A DNA stretch of 64,000 nucleotides from an uncultured delta proteobacterium (lineage in GTDB: Bacteria > Desulfobacterota > Binatia > Binatales > Binataceae), in NCBI GenBank assembly GCA_963733715.1, contig CAVTEN010000004.1, forward strand, positions 75,109 to 139,108, written 5' to 3'. How positions within the stretch are numbered: the stretch's first letter is position 1; every line of letters begins with the position of its first letter. Of this stretch, positions 29,025 through 38,102 are shown piece after piece. A program made the translations under genes and the position numbers. Under the pieces are notes generated by a model. The model was not told where the DNA came from, ran no database searches, and saw only the letters and a program-made list of their open reading frames with translations.

Positions 29025-29453
29025 ATGGAATTCAAAAATCCGTCTGACGCCGAAATTCGCGCGATCTTGTCGAAGCCGACCACGGTCGCAGTCGTCGGAT
29101 GCTCCGACAATCCGGCGCGCGACTCACTTCGAATCGCCAAACTGCTGAAGGGCCGCGGCTTCAAGGTGATCCCGGTCAATCCGCAACTCGATGCCGACGC
29201 GCTCCGCAACGCTCTCGGCGAGAAGTGCTATCGCGATCTGGCGTCGATTCCCGAGCCGGTCGAGATAGTCGACGTATTTCGCCGCTCAGAGTTCGTGCCG
29301 CAAATCGTCGACGAGGCAATCGCCAAAGGCGCCCGCATCCTGTGGTGCCAGCTCGGCGTAATCCACCTCGACGCAGCCCATCGCGCGCAGCAAGCCGGTA
29401 TGACAGTCATCATGGATCGATGCCCCGCAATCGAATACGCGCGCCTGTTCTGA
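29025..29453 (+). CDS. CoA-binding domain protein (YccU/YneT-like)
   Basis: ATG 29025. TVAVVGCSDNPARDSLRIAKLLKGRGFKVIPVNP .. VDVFRRSEF..ILWCQLGV. Confidence 0.8.
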   Translation: MEFKNPSDAEIRAILSKPTTVAVVGCSDNPARDSLRIAKLLKGRGFKVIPVNPQLDADALRNALGEKCYRDLASIPEPVEIVDVFRRSEFVPQIVDEAIAKGARILWCQLGVIHLDAAHRAQQAGMTVIMDRCPAIEYARLF

Positions 29454-29467
29454 GGGGGCGAGCTATT

Positions 29468-29794
29468 GTGGCGCGGTGGGAGAGCAGGACTTTCTACGTG
29501 TACATCATGGGCAGCAAGTTCGGTGTTCTATACATCGGGGTCACGAACAATTTGGAAAGGCGGGTGAAGGAGCATCGCGACGGACTGATTCCGGGTTTTA
29601 CGAAGAAGTATCGCGTGCGGCGGCTCTTGTATTTCGAACAGTTCGACCGGCCGGCGGAAGCGATAGCTCGCGAGAAGCAAATCAAAGGATGGAAGCGGGC
29701 GCGGAAGCTTGATCTGATTCATTCGATGAATCTTGAGATGGCCGATCTTAGCGCGTGCTGGAGCACGCGAGATTCTTCGCTGCGCTCAGAATGA
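29468..29794 (+). CDS. Small GIY-YIG nuclease family protein
   Basis: GTG 29468. FYVYIMGSKFGVLYIGVTNNLERRVKEHRDG..REKQIKGWKRARK. The last codons (RDSSLRSE*) are encoded by one arm of the family E inverted repeat. Confidence 0.8.
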   Translation: MARWESRTFYVYIMGSKFGVLYIGVTNNLERRVKEHRDGLIPGFTKKYRVRRLLYFEQFDRPAEAIAREKQIKGWKRARKLDLIHSMNLEMADLSACWSTRDSSLRSE

Positions 29795-29888
29795 CTGAAA
29801 TTATGCTGATCCCCGCACTTTCTTTTTTCCGTCAAGTTTTTTTCCGTCATCCTGAGCGGAGTCTGCGCAGCGAAGGATCTCGTCCGCC
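29768..29888. repeat. Family E inverted repeat (GAGATTCTTCGCTGCGCTCAGAATGAC / GTCATCCTGAGCGGAGTCTGCGCAGCGAAGGATCTC) around a T-rich core
   Basis: Arms at 29768-29794 and 29853-29888 are imperfect reverse complements. The core contains T6 and T7 runs. Degenerate GTCATCCTGAC/GAATGAC motifs recur at 61600-61750. Confidence 0.65.
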
Positions 29889-29944
29889 GCGCAGCGGCGG
29901 CGCCATTAGATTCATCGGCTAATCGGAGTACGCGGAGCATACTC

Positions 29945-31126
29945 ATGCGAATAATAGTCATCGGCGCGGGAATCGGCGGCCTCTCAGCGGCGCTGACGCT
30001 TCGACGCGCTGGGCTCGAGGTTCAGGTGTTCGAGCAGGCCGCCGAATTGCGCGAGGTCGGCGCCGGCATCCAGATAAGTCCCAACGCGTCGCGAATCCTC
30101 AATCGCCTCGGACTCGAGGAGCCGATGCGCCGCCTTGGAGTGCGGCCACACTCGATCATCATCCGCCGATGGGACGACGGGCGCGAACTCGCCCGGCAGC
30201 CGCTCGCCGACGCATGCGAACGTAACTTCGGCGCGCCCTACTATAACTTCCATCGCGCCGACCTGCTCGACCTTCTTTCAGCGGCGGTGCCTCCGGGCGT
30301 GCTGCATCTCGATCATCGATGCGTCGGACTCACTCAGCATGCTGATCGCGTCGAGGTGCAATTTCATAACGGCGCGACCGCCGATGCCGACGTGGTCGTT
30401 GGCGCCGACGGTATCCACTCGACGGTGCGCAAGGCCGTCATGGGGCCGGAGTCGCCGCAATTTTCGGGACACGTGGCCTATCGCGGGCTGGTCCCCGCCG
30501 ATCGCGTCGCGCATCTCGGACTCGAAGTCGCTGCCTCCGTATGGTGGGGGCCTGAGCATCATTTCGTTCATTACTATGTCGGCGCCGGCGCCCGTTATCT
30601 CAATTGGGTAGCGCTAACGCCTGGCGAATGGCGCGTCGAGTCGTGGACCGCAAAAGGCGAGGTGGCCGACGCGCTCAAGGAGTTCGAAGGATGGCATCCG
30701 CAGATCCGCGAGCTCATCGGCGCGGTTGAGACGACCAATCGATGGGCGCTCTACGACCGCAACCCGCTTCCGCGATGGACCGTGGGGCGCGTCACGCTGA
30801 TGGGCGATGCGGCGCATCCAATGCTCCCGTACATGGCGCAAGGCGCGGTGCAATCAATCGAGGACGCAGCGGTGCTGGCGAAATGTCTCGAGCTCGCAGA
30901 TGCGCACGACGTGGGCGCGGCGCTCTCGCGCTACGAACAGACGCGCAAACCACGCGCCTCACAATGCCAGGAGGGTTCGCGCCGCAACGCCGTCATGTTC
31001 CATCTCGCCGACGGTGAAGAGCAGCGCAAGCGCGACGCCAACCTGACGTCGGCCACGACCGCGCCGCTGCCTCAGAACGCGTGGCTGTACGGTCACGACG
31101 TCGAAGTCGAATTCGAGCGAAAGTGA
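29945..31126 (+). CDS. FAD-dependent aromatic-ring monooxygenase (salicylate/3-hydroxybenzoate hydroxylase-like)
   Basis: MRIIVIGAGIGGLSAALTLRRAG (GxGxxG), ADVVVGADGIHS, LMGDAAHPMLPYMAQGA. Confidence 0.85.
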   Translation: MRIIVIGAGIGGLSAALTLRRAGLEVQVFEQAAELREVGAGIQISPNASRILNRLGLEEPMRRLGVRPHSIIIRRWDDGRELARQPLADACERNFGAPYYNFHRADLLDLLSAAVPPGVLHLDHRCVGLTQHADRVEVQFHNGATADADVVVGADGIHSTVRKAVMGPESPQFSGHVAYRGLVPADRVAHLGLEVAASVWWGPEHHFVHYYVGAGARYLNWVALTPGEWRVESWTAKGEVADALKEFEGWHPQIRELIGAVETTNRWALYDRNPLPRWTVGRVTLMGDAAHPMLPYMAQGAVQSIEDAAVLAKCLELADAHDVGAALSRYEQTRKPRASQCQEGSRRNAVMFHLADGEEQRKRDANLTSATTAPLPQNAWLYGHDVEVEFERK

Positions 31127-31148
31127 CGTCCGCGAGCGTCCCTGTCAG

Positions 31149-31718
31149 ATGAAGCCGCGGAAATGGAAGACGCTCAAAAGCGACGTCGCGTACAGTACGC
31201 CGATTTTCGATTTGCATCGGCGGCGCTCGATGCATTCGCGGCGCGGCGAGCGCGACTTCTTTATTCTCGACGCGCCCAACTGGGTGAACATCATTCCGCT
31301 CGCAAAAAATGGCGACGTCGTGATGATTCGGCAATGGCGTCACGGCATCTCGGAATTCACGCTTGAAGTGCCGGGCGGAATGGTCGATCCCGAGGATCCG
31401 TCGCCGATGCAGGCGGCGCGGCGCGAGATGATCGAGGAGACCGGCTTCGATTCCGACGCGATTGTCGCACTCGGCAAGGTGCATCCGAATCCCGCAATCC
31501 AGGGCAACATCTGCTTCTCCTTCCTCGCCGAGAACGTCCGCCAGGTCGAGCGGGTGGTATCGATCGGTGACGAAGAGACCGAAGTCGTGATGGTCCCGAT
31601 GCGCGAAATCCGCGGCCTGATAGCGTCAGGCAAAGTCATGCACGCGCTGACGATCGCCGCATTCTCGTTCCTGCACGTCTACAACCCCCCGCCCAAGCAC
31701 CTCCGCCGCAAGCGATAG
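31149..31718 (+). CDS. NUDIX hydrolase (ADP-ribose pyrophosphatase-like)
   Basis: Nudix box GGMVDPEDPSPMQAARREMIEETG. Confidence 0.85.
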   Translation: MKPRKWKTLKSDVAYSTPIFDLHRRRSMHSRRGERDFFILDAPNWVNIIPLAKNGDVVMIRQWRHGISEFTLEVPGGMVDPEDPSPMQAARREMIEETGFDSDAIVALGKVHPNPAIQGNICFSFLAENVRQVERVVSIGDEETEVVMVPMREIRGLIASGKVMHALTIAAFSFLHVYNPPPKHLRRKR

Positions 31719-31729
31719 CCTCCGAATTC

Positions 31730-31886
31730 GCCTCCCCCGTTCGTGGGGGAGGCCGACGCGCTTCCAAGCGCGGCGGGTGGGGGACCTTTAATTCTGAATT
31801 GCTCTACGCCAGAACATGGCGCGCACCAGACAATTGCGCGCCGTATTGTCCCCCACCCTAACCCTCCCCCCACGAACGGGGGAGGG
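31730..31886. mobile_element. 157-bp MITE-like element (family C), long hairpin-containing inverted arms
   Basis: Left arm GCCTCCCCCGTTCGTGGGGGAGGCCGACGCG..GGGTGGGGGACC. Right arm GTCCCCCACCCTAACCCTCCCCCCACGAACGGGGGAGGG. Flanked by GAATTC../..GGAATC. Twin at 35266. Confidence 0.75.
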
Positions 31887-31951
31887 AATCAGAAGGAAAC
31901 CCTGCAAGAAAATTCGCCGCCTCCGTTCAAAGAGTCGAGAGGGACGACTCG

Positions 31952-32851
31952 ATGGACGCATTCAGCTCGAAGCTCAAGCTCTGCACTGCCTCATTCGCGG
32001 ATCCTCGGCTGTTCCAGATCTTTTCCCTCGGCATTTTGCTCGCCACTGGTGCGTACTTCCGCGATTTCAGCATCCGCCCCGAGCAGGTCCTGCTGACTTT
32101 CGCCGCCGGCCTGCTGACGCAGGCCGCATGCTGGAGGCTTACCCCGTCGAAGCCGTGCACATTGCGCAGCGCCATCATCACCTGCCTCAGCCTGACGCTG
32201 CTGCTGCGCGCGGACAATCTGCTCGCGCATCCGATTGCCGCTGCCGTCGCAATCTCCTCGAAGTCACTTTTCCGATTTCGCGGCAAGCACCTTTTCAATC
32301 CCGCGACCTTCGGCGTCATCTTCGCGATCATCTTTCTTCCCGGCACCTGGGTATCTCCGGGGCAGTGGGGGCAGGACGTTGCCGTCGCGGGATGGGTCGT
32401 GATGCTTGGCATGCTGGTGACGAATCGCGCGCGGCGCGGCGACATCAGCTGGACGTTCCTCGCGTTCTATCTCGGCGCGCTCGCGCTTCGCATCGAATAC
32501 CTCGGCCAGAGGTGGGCCGTCTGGACGCATCAGCTCGAGAGCGGCGCGCTGCTGCTGTTCGCGTTCTTCATGATTTCCGATCCGATGACCGGCCCCAACG
32601 ATCGCCGCGGCAGAATCGCGCACGCCGCGCTCGTTGCCGCAATCGCGTACGTGTGGCAGGTCCGCCTCTACCACACCAACGGACTCATCTGGGCTTTGTT
32701 TATCGCGGCGCCATGCGTTCCGCTGTGGGACGCGATTTGGCCCGCGCGCAAATTCGAATGGACACAAAATGGAGGTAGCAATGTTTTTTCGTCGAATCCT
32801 GATTCTCGTTTCGGTGATCCTGGCAACGCTGATTCTCGGCGCGCCGCATGA
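31952..32851 (+). CDS. RnfD/NqrB-like polytopic membrane protein
   Basis: KHLFNPATFGVIFAI, GALLLFAFFMISDPMTGP resemble the NQR2/RnfD/RnfE family. The ORF tail overlaps the next gene by about 80 nt, so the 3' end is uncertain. Confidence 0.6.
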   Translation: MDAFSSKLKLCTASFADPRLFQIFSLGILLATGAYFRDFSIRPEQVLLTFAAGLLTQAACWRLTPSKPCTLRSAIITCLSLTLLLRADNLLAHPIAAAVAISSKSLFRFRGKHLFNPATFGVIFAIIFLPGTWVSPGQWGQDVAVAGWVVMLGMLVTNRARRGDISWTFLAFYLGALALRIEYLGQRWAVWTHQLESGALLLFAFFMISDPMTGPNDRRGRIAHAALVAAIAYVWQVRLYHTNGLIWALFIAAPCVPLWDAIWPARKFEWTQNGGSNVFSSNPDSRFGDPGNADSRRAA

Positions 32852-34171
32852 TGCGCGCGCGTTCTGCGGCTTCTATGTCGGCAAGGCTGACGAGCCGCTG
32901 GTGAATCACGCGTCGCAAGTCGTGATCGCGCATCATGACGACAAGACCGTCATCAGCCTGATGAACGACTACCAGGGCGAGCCGTCGGATTTCGCGTTGG
33001 TGGTGCCGGTTCCGGTCGTGCTGCAAAAGGGGCAGGTGCATATCGGCGATCGCGAATTGTTCCAGAAGATCGACGCGTACAGTTCGCCGCGCCTGGTTGA
33101 GTACCCCGACCCGGATCCGTGCCAGATGATGCCAATGGCACGGGCATTCGCCGCCGCACCGGCTGTTGGGGGCTTTTCCGGCAATATTGCCGAGCGCAGA
33201 GAAGCGGACGCGCTCGGGGTGAAAATAGAAGCCGAGTACACCGTCGGCGAATACGACATCGTGATCTTGTCGGCCAAGGAATCGTCGGGGCTGGAAACCT
33301 GGCTGCAGCAAAGCGGTTATAAAATTCCGTTCGGAGCTCAGCGCGCGCTCGAGCCGTACATTCGCAGCGACATGAAGTTTTTCGTCGCCAAGGTCAATCT
33401 CACCGAGCACAATCGCACCGGGCTGACCTACCTGCGGCCGCTGCAGTTCGCCTTCGAATCGCCAAAGTTCATGCTGCCGATTCGGCTCGGGATGATTAAT
33501 TCGCAGGGGCCGCAGGACCTCGTCGTCTACATGCTCACCGAAAACGGCCGCGTCGAGACCACCAACTATCGCACCGTGAAATTGCCGACCGGGATGGATA
33601 TCCCTCAGTACGTGCGCGACGAGTTCGGTGACTTCTACAAGGCGATGTTCGACGAGCAGGTCAAGCGCAACGACATGCGCGCAGTGTTCACCGAGTACGT
33701 GTGGAACATGGGATGGTGCGATCCGTGCGCGGGACCGCCGCTGTCGCGCGAGGAGTTGAAGAACCTCGGCGTGTTCTGGCTCGACGACCAGCCGGGCGGC
33801 GCGGTCCCCATGTATCGCCCCGGCGGTTTCATGCCGGCACCTCAGCCCTCGGGCGGCCGATGCCGGTGATGCTCACGCGCCTGCACGTCCGCTACAGCGC
33901 CGACACTTTCCCCGAAGATCTGATCTTCCAGGAGACGCAGGATCAGGAAAATTTTCAAGCGCGTTATGTGATGCACCGTGCGTGGGATGGATCGCCCAAC
34001 GCATGCGAGGGTGCCCGCAACTATTTCGAAGAACTGAACAAGCGCAAAGCGCACGAAGCGGAGACGCTGGCCGATCTGACTGGATGGAACCTGCAGGACG
34101 TTATCAAGAAAGCCGGCCTGCCGCCGGAGTCGCAGCCGAAGCCATGGTGGCAAGGCATCTGGGGTTCGTGA
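32769..34171 (+). pseudogene. DUF2330-like secreted protein, frame broken as assembled
   Basis: Signal MFFRRILILVSVILATLILGAPHDARA then FCGFYVGKADEPL... Reads to ..PAPQPSGG, then PMPVMLTRLHVRYSADTFPEDLIFQETQD.. in the frame of ORF 33701..34171. The shift lies at 33840-33862. The family call is from memory only. Confidence 0.55.
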
Positions 34172-34271
34172 CGCGTTGCGGAAAGGGGAGTGCGCGCGGG
34201 GTCACATCGACCCCGCGCGCCGCGTTATTCAGCCGCCGCGCATATCTATATAATCCACCACGAGCACTACG

Positions 34272-35687
34272 ATGGCGTTTCCAATCAATCGCCCGCGCCG
34301 GCTGCGACGCACCGAAACAATCCGCCGCATGGTCCGCGAGACGCGTTTGTCACCGGACGACCTGATCCTCCCGATGTTCGTGTGCCCGGGACGCGGCGTG
34401 AAGAAAGCCGTGGCCTCGATGCCTGGCGTTGCACAGATGTCCGTCGATAACATCGTCGCAGAAGCGCGCGAGACCTGGGCGGCCGGCGTCCCCGCGGTCA
34501 TCCTGTTTGGAATTCCTGAACGCAAGGACGCGAATGGCAGCGAAGCGTGGAACGACGACGGCGAGGTGCAGCGCGCAATCCGCGAGATCAAGGAACGCGT
34601 GCCCGGGATGGCGGTGATTACCGACGTATGCATGTGCGAATACACTGACCACGGGCATTGCGGGGCGCTCGACGGCAACGACGTCGATAACGACGCGACG
34701 CTGGAACTGCTGACGCGCTCGGCGCTGTCGCACGCGCGCGCGGGCGCAGATATCGTCGCGCCGTCGGACATGATGGACGGGCGCGTCGGAGCAATCCGCA
34801 CTGCGCTGGACGCCAACGGCTTCAGCCACGTTGCAATCATGGCGTATTCGGCGAAGTTCGCGTCCGCATTCTATGGCCCGTTTCGCGAGGCGGCGGAGTC
34901 GGCGCCGAAATTCGGCGATCGTCGCTCGTATCAGATGGACCCGCCCAACGGCGACGAAGCGATGCGGGAAGTGGCGCTCGATCTGGAAGAAGGCGCGGAC
35001 ATCGTGATGGTCAAACCCGCGCTGCCTTACCTCGATCTGATTTACCGGGTCAAACAGGAATTCAACGCGCCGGTGGCGGCCTACAACGTCTCAGGCGAGT
35101 ACTCGATGATCCGCGCAGCCGGCATCAACGGATGGATCGATGAAGAGCGCGCCACGATGGAAGTACTGACGTCGATCAAGCGAGCCGGCGCGGATTTAAT
35201 CCTGACCTACTTCGCGAAAGAAGTAGCCCGCAAACTCCGAAGGGAATTAAGAGCGCGGCCGAATTGCCTCGCCCCACGAGGGGAGAGGCCGACGTCCGTC
35301 TTCGGGGCGGCGGGTGAGGGACCTAATTTGCCGAAGATTCCGGATGTTCGGCGCAACAGAGATTCGCGCCGCAGAAAGGTCCCTCACCCTAACCCTCTCC
35401 CCACGTGGGGCGAGGGAATTAGGAAATATCGGCGAATCGCTTCTGCCAGAGCCTCGATCGTGTACTGGGTGGGGCTGACGACAACTTCGAAACCCCGCTC
35501 TTCAGCAGTAGCAGCCGTGATCGGCCCGATCGCCGCGGCTCTGATTCCTTTCACCGGTACGCCGATCAGCTCGCAGAAATTCGTGACGGTACTCGAACTG
35601 GTGAACGTAACGAGATCGATCGCTCCCGCCGCGATCAGCTCGTGCATCCGCACTATCTGCGCGCGCTTCGGCTTGACGGTCCGATAG
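34272..35687 (+). CDS. hemB: Porphobilinogen synthase (Zn-type); ORF lacks a stop at the conserved end and reads on through a MITE
   Basis: [13 protein letters not shown], Zn site [14 protein letters not shown], active-site SDMMDGR and [12 protein letters not shown]. Homology ends at ..[14 protein letters not shown] (about 35250). The remaining about 145 codons cross repeat 35266-35416 and the antisense of cobA-hemD. Confidence 0.85.
   Translation: MAFPINRPRRLRRTETIRRMVRETRLSPDDLILPMFVCPGRGVKKAVASMPGVAQMSVDNIVAEARETWAAGVPAVILFGIPERKDANGSEAWNDDGEVQRAIREIKERVPGMAVITDVCMCEYTDHGHCGALDGNDVDNDATLELLTRSALSHARAGADIVAPSDMMDGRVGAIRTALDANGFSHVAIMAYSAKFASAFYGPFREAAESAPKFGDRRSYQMDPPNGDEAMREVALDLEEGADIVMVKPALPYLDLIYRVKQEFNAPVAAYNVSGEYSMIRAAGINGWIDEERATMEVLTSIKRAGADLILTYFAKEVARKLRRELRARPNCLAPRGERPTSVFGAAGEGPNLPKIPDVRRNRDSRRRKVPHPNPLPTWGEGIRKYRRIASARASIVYWVGLTTTSKPRSSAVAAVIGPIAAALIPFTGTPISSQKFVTVLELVNVTRSIAPAAISSCIRTICARFGLTVR
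35266..35416. mobile_element. 151-bp MITE-like element (family C), twin of 31730..31886
   Basis: Left arm GCCTCGCCCCACGAGGGGAGAGGCCGACG..GGGTGAGGGACC. Right arm GGTCCCTCACCCTAACCCTCTCCCCACGTGGGGCGAGGG. Flanked by GAATT/AATT. Confidence 0.75.
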
Positions 35688-37042
35688 GCAGGCGCGACGA
35701 CGACTTCTCTGGTGCCCTTGTCGCGCAGAATTTCGGGCAGCGCTTCGCGCGCAACTTCAGCGCGAGGAATCAGGAAACGCTTCCCGCGAATCTGCTTGAT
35801 TCCGATCGCGGAAACGATTTCCTCCGCGCGATATTCGTCGGGCACCGCCGCAACTTGTAACGCGTGGTCGGCAAGGCGCGCCGCCGTTGCAGGTCCGATC
35901 GCCGCAATCGACGAATGTCCGAGCGCGCGAATATCGCAGCCGCGCGACTTCATCCGTTCGATAAAGCTCTCGACTCCCGTCGCGCTGGTGAAAATTATCC
36001 AGTCGAAAGAGTCCCGCGACGGTGTCGAGAAACGTTTGATCGCGCGGTCCAGCGGTGCGTAGCTCCTTGGCGGTGCGGTTTCGATCGTTGGAAATTCCAC
36101 GACCTCCGCGCCGAGCCGCCTAAGCGCGGTCGCGAACTTCGCCGCACCCGCGCGCGCGCGCGTTACTACAATAGTGCGGCCGAACAGTGGCGTGCGCTCG
36201 ACCCACTTCAGATGTTCGCGCATTCCCGCGAGTTCTCCGACGACGATTACGGCCGGCGCGCCAATCCCTTCGCGCGCAGCTACGTCCGCGAGCGTCGCCA
36301 GCGTTGCGCTGAAGGTTTTCTGCGCGGCCGTCGTGGCCCATTGTACTGCGACTGCCGGTGTTTCATCGGGAAGTCCGGCAGCGCGAATTCGATCGAGTGT
36401 GGCGCGCATTCGCGCCGTCGCCATCAGGATCACGATGGTGCCGCCGTGACGGGCCGCCGCGACCAGCTCGTCCCACGGCACCGCGCTCGCACCCTTGCTT
36501 TCATCTTCATGGCCGGTGACGAACGCGACGAACGAGCCGTGCCCGCGATGCGTCAGCGGAACTCCCGCGAACGCCGGCCCCGCAATTGCCGACGTGACGC
36601 CAGGTACCACTTCGAACTCGACATGCGCGCGCGCCAGCGCCTCGGCCTCCTCGCCACCGCGTCCGAAAATAAACGGATCGCCGCCCTTGAGCCGCACAAC
36701 GACGCGCCCCTTGCGCGCGTGCGCGATCAGCATCGTGTTCAGTTTTGATTGCTCAATGCTTTTTTCCGATCCGCCGCGTTTGCCCGCATAAATCAACTCG
36801 GCATTCGGCGGCGTGAGCCTGAGCAGTTCGGGACTAACCAGGTTGTCGTAAACAACCACGTCGGCGCGGCTGAGAACATCAGCACCGCGAATCGTGATCA
36901 AGTCAGAGGCGCCAGGCCCGGCGCCCACCAGGAAAACCCTGCCACTTTTACGCTTCGATCGATCTTTCTTCCCCTCTCCCTGTAAGGGAGAGGATGAAGG
37001 TGAGGGTCCTTGTACAGCGCGCATTTTTCGCGCGCGATTCAA
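35384..37042 (-). CDS. cobA-hemD: Fused uroporphyrinogen-III C-methyltransferase / uroporphyrinogen-III synthase
   Basis: N-half [43 protein letters not shown] (SUMT). C-half [23 protein letters not shown] (HemD). TTG 37042 follows AGAGG; alternative ATG at 37024. The first and last codons lie in family C repeats. Confidence 0.85.
   Translation of the reverse strand: MNRARKMRAVQGPSPSSSPLQGEGKKDRSKRKSGRVFLVGAGPGASDLITIRGADVLSRADVVVYDNLVSPELLRLTPPNAELIYAGKRGGSEKSIEQSKLNTMLIAHARKGRVVVRLKGGDPFIFGRGGEEAEALARAHVEFEVVPGVTSAIAGPAFAGVPLTHRGHGSFVAFVTGHEDESKGASAVPWDELVAAARHGGTIVILMATARMRATLDRIRAAGLPDETPAVAVQWATTAAQKTFSATLATLADVAAREGIGAPAVIVVGELAGMREHLKWVERTPLFGRTIVVTRARAGAAKFATALRRLGAEVVEFPTIETAPPRSYAPLDRAIKRFSTPSRDSFDWIIFTSATGVESFIERMKSRGCDIRALGHSSIAAIGPATAARLADHALQVAAVPDEYRAEEIVSAIGIKQIRGKRFLIPRAEVAREALPEILRDKGTREVVVAPAYRTVKPKRAQIVRMHELIAAGAIDLVTFTSSSTVTNFCELIGVPVKGIRAAAIGPITAATAEERGFEVVVSPTQYTIEALAEAIRRYFLIPSPHVGRGLG
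36971..37009. repeat. Family C single arm inside the 5' end of cobA-hemD
   Basis: CCCCTCTCCCTGTAAGGGAGAGGATGAAGGTGAGGGTCC, translated on the minus strand as ..[13 protein letters not shown].. Confidence 0.65.
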
Positions 37043-37084
37043 GATTCTGCCTCTTTGAACGCGTCACTGGGATTACGCAAAGGT

Positions 37085-38026
37085 CTATTTTCCAAGGAGA
37101 GCAGCGGCGCCACGCGCAAGCATCTTTTCCGCGAGCCGTTTGCCGGAATTTTCGGCGGCGAACGGCGCATAGAGTGCGTCGATCGGTTGCTTTATCGATT
37201 CGGATAGCTCTCCCGCGCCGTCGAGGCTGAATAGCATCGCCTCTAATACGAGCCTGTTGCCCACGATGCTTGCCCTCACTCCCACCGGTGTCGTGCATGA
37301 CGCTTCGATCGCGGCGAGGAACGCTCGCTCGGCCGCAGTCTCATAAAACGCGCGCGCCTCGTTGATCCCCGACAGCGCACGATCGAGTTCATCGCCTTTG
37401 CGATCGGCCAACGTTTCGATCGCGAGTGCGCCCTGCCCGCCGGCTGGAATAAAGTCGCCTGCATCGAGCTCGACGAACTTTACATCTTTGACCCGGCCCA
37501 ACCGCTTAAGACCCGCCATCGCGACTATGATCGCGTCGAAGGTGCCGTCGGCCACGCGAGCCAGCCGCGTATCGACGTTGCCGCGCAACGGCAGTATCTC
37601 GAGTCCGCGATTTATCCTGAGTGCCTGGAAGCGGCGGCGCGACGACGACGTTCCAAGCCGCGCGCCCGCGGGCAGCGCGGACAGCGTCGAGCCGTCGCGC
37701 GTCACCAGAATATCGGACGTATTCTCGCGCCCCGGCACGGCGGCTACGCGAAATTGCGATGGCAGCAGGGCAGGGAGATCCTTCATCGAATGGACGGCAG
37801 CGTCGATCGTGCGATTGGCGAGCGCCTGCTCGAGCTCTTTTATGAAGAGTCCTTTGCCGCCGACATCCGCGAGCGATGCGGACGTCATCTTGTCGCCGCT
37901 GGTCCGTATCTCGACGATTTCAATTTCGATTCCGGAAATTTGCGCGAGTAGGCAGTCACGTACTATCGACGCCTGAGCGAGTGCCAATTTGCTGGGGCGC
38001 GAACCGATTCTAATTTTCAGTGGCAT
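37085..38026 (-). CDS. hemC: Hydroxymethylbilane synthase (porphobilinogen deaminase)
   Basis: IRIGSRPSKLALAQA, IRTSGDK, GGKGLFIKELE, HSMKDLP, RGNVDTRL. Confidence 0.9.
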   Translation of the reverse strand: MPLKIRIGSRPSKLALAQASIVRDCLLAQISGIEIEIVEIRTSGDKMTSASLADVGGKGLFIKELEQALANRTIDAAVHSMKDLPALLPSQFRVAAVPGRENTSDILVTRDGSTLSALPAGARLGTSSSRRRFQALRINRGLEILPLRGNVDTRLARVADGTFDAIIVAMAGLKRLGRVKDVKFVELDAGDFIPAGGQGALAIETLADRKGDELDRALSGINEARAFYETAAERAFLAAIEASCTTPVGVRASIVGNRLVLEAMLFSLDGAGELSESIKQPIDALYAPFAAENSGKRLAEKMLARGAAALLGK

Positions 38027-38033
38027 CGAAGAA

Positions 38034-38075
38034 CCTAACCCCTAACCCCTTCCCTCGAGGGAAGGGGAACAATCG
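38034..38075 (-). repeat. Family B repeat (inverted) in the hemA-hemC intergenic spacer
   Basis: CCTAACCCCTAACCCCTTCCCTCGAGGGAAGGGGAACAATCG. It sits inside the operon between the hemA stop (38103) and the hemC start (38026). Confidence 0.85.
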
Positions 38076-38102
38076 TATACCGGGGGTCAACGCGAGGGGC
38101 GG

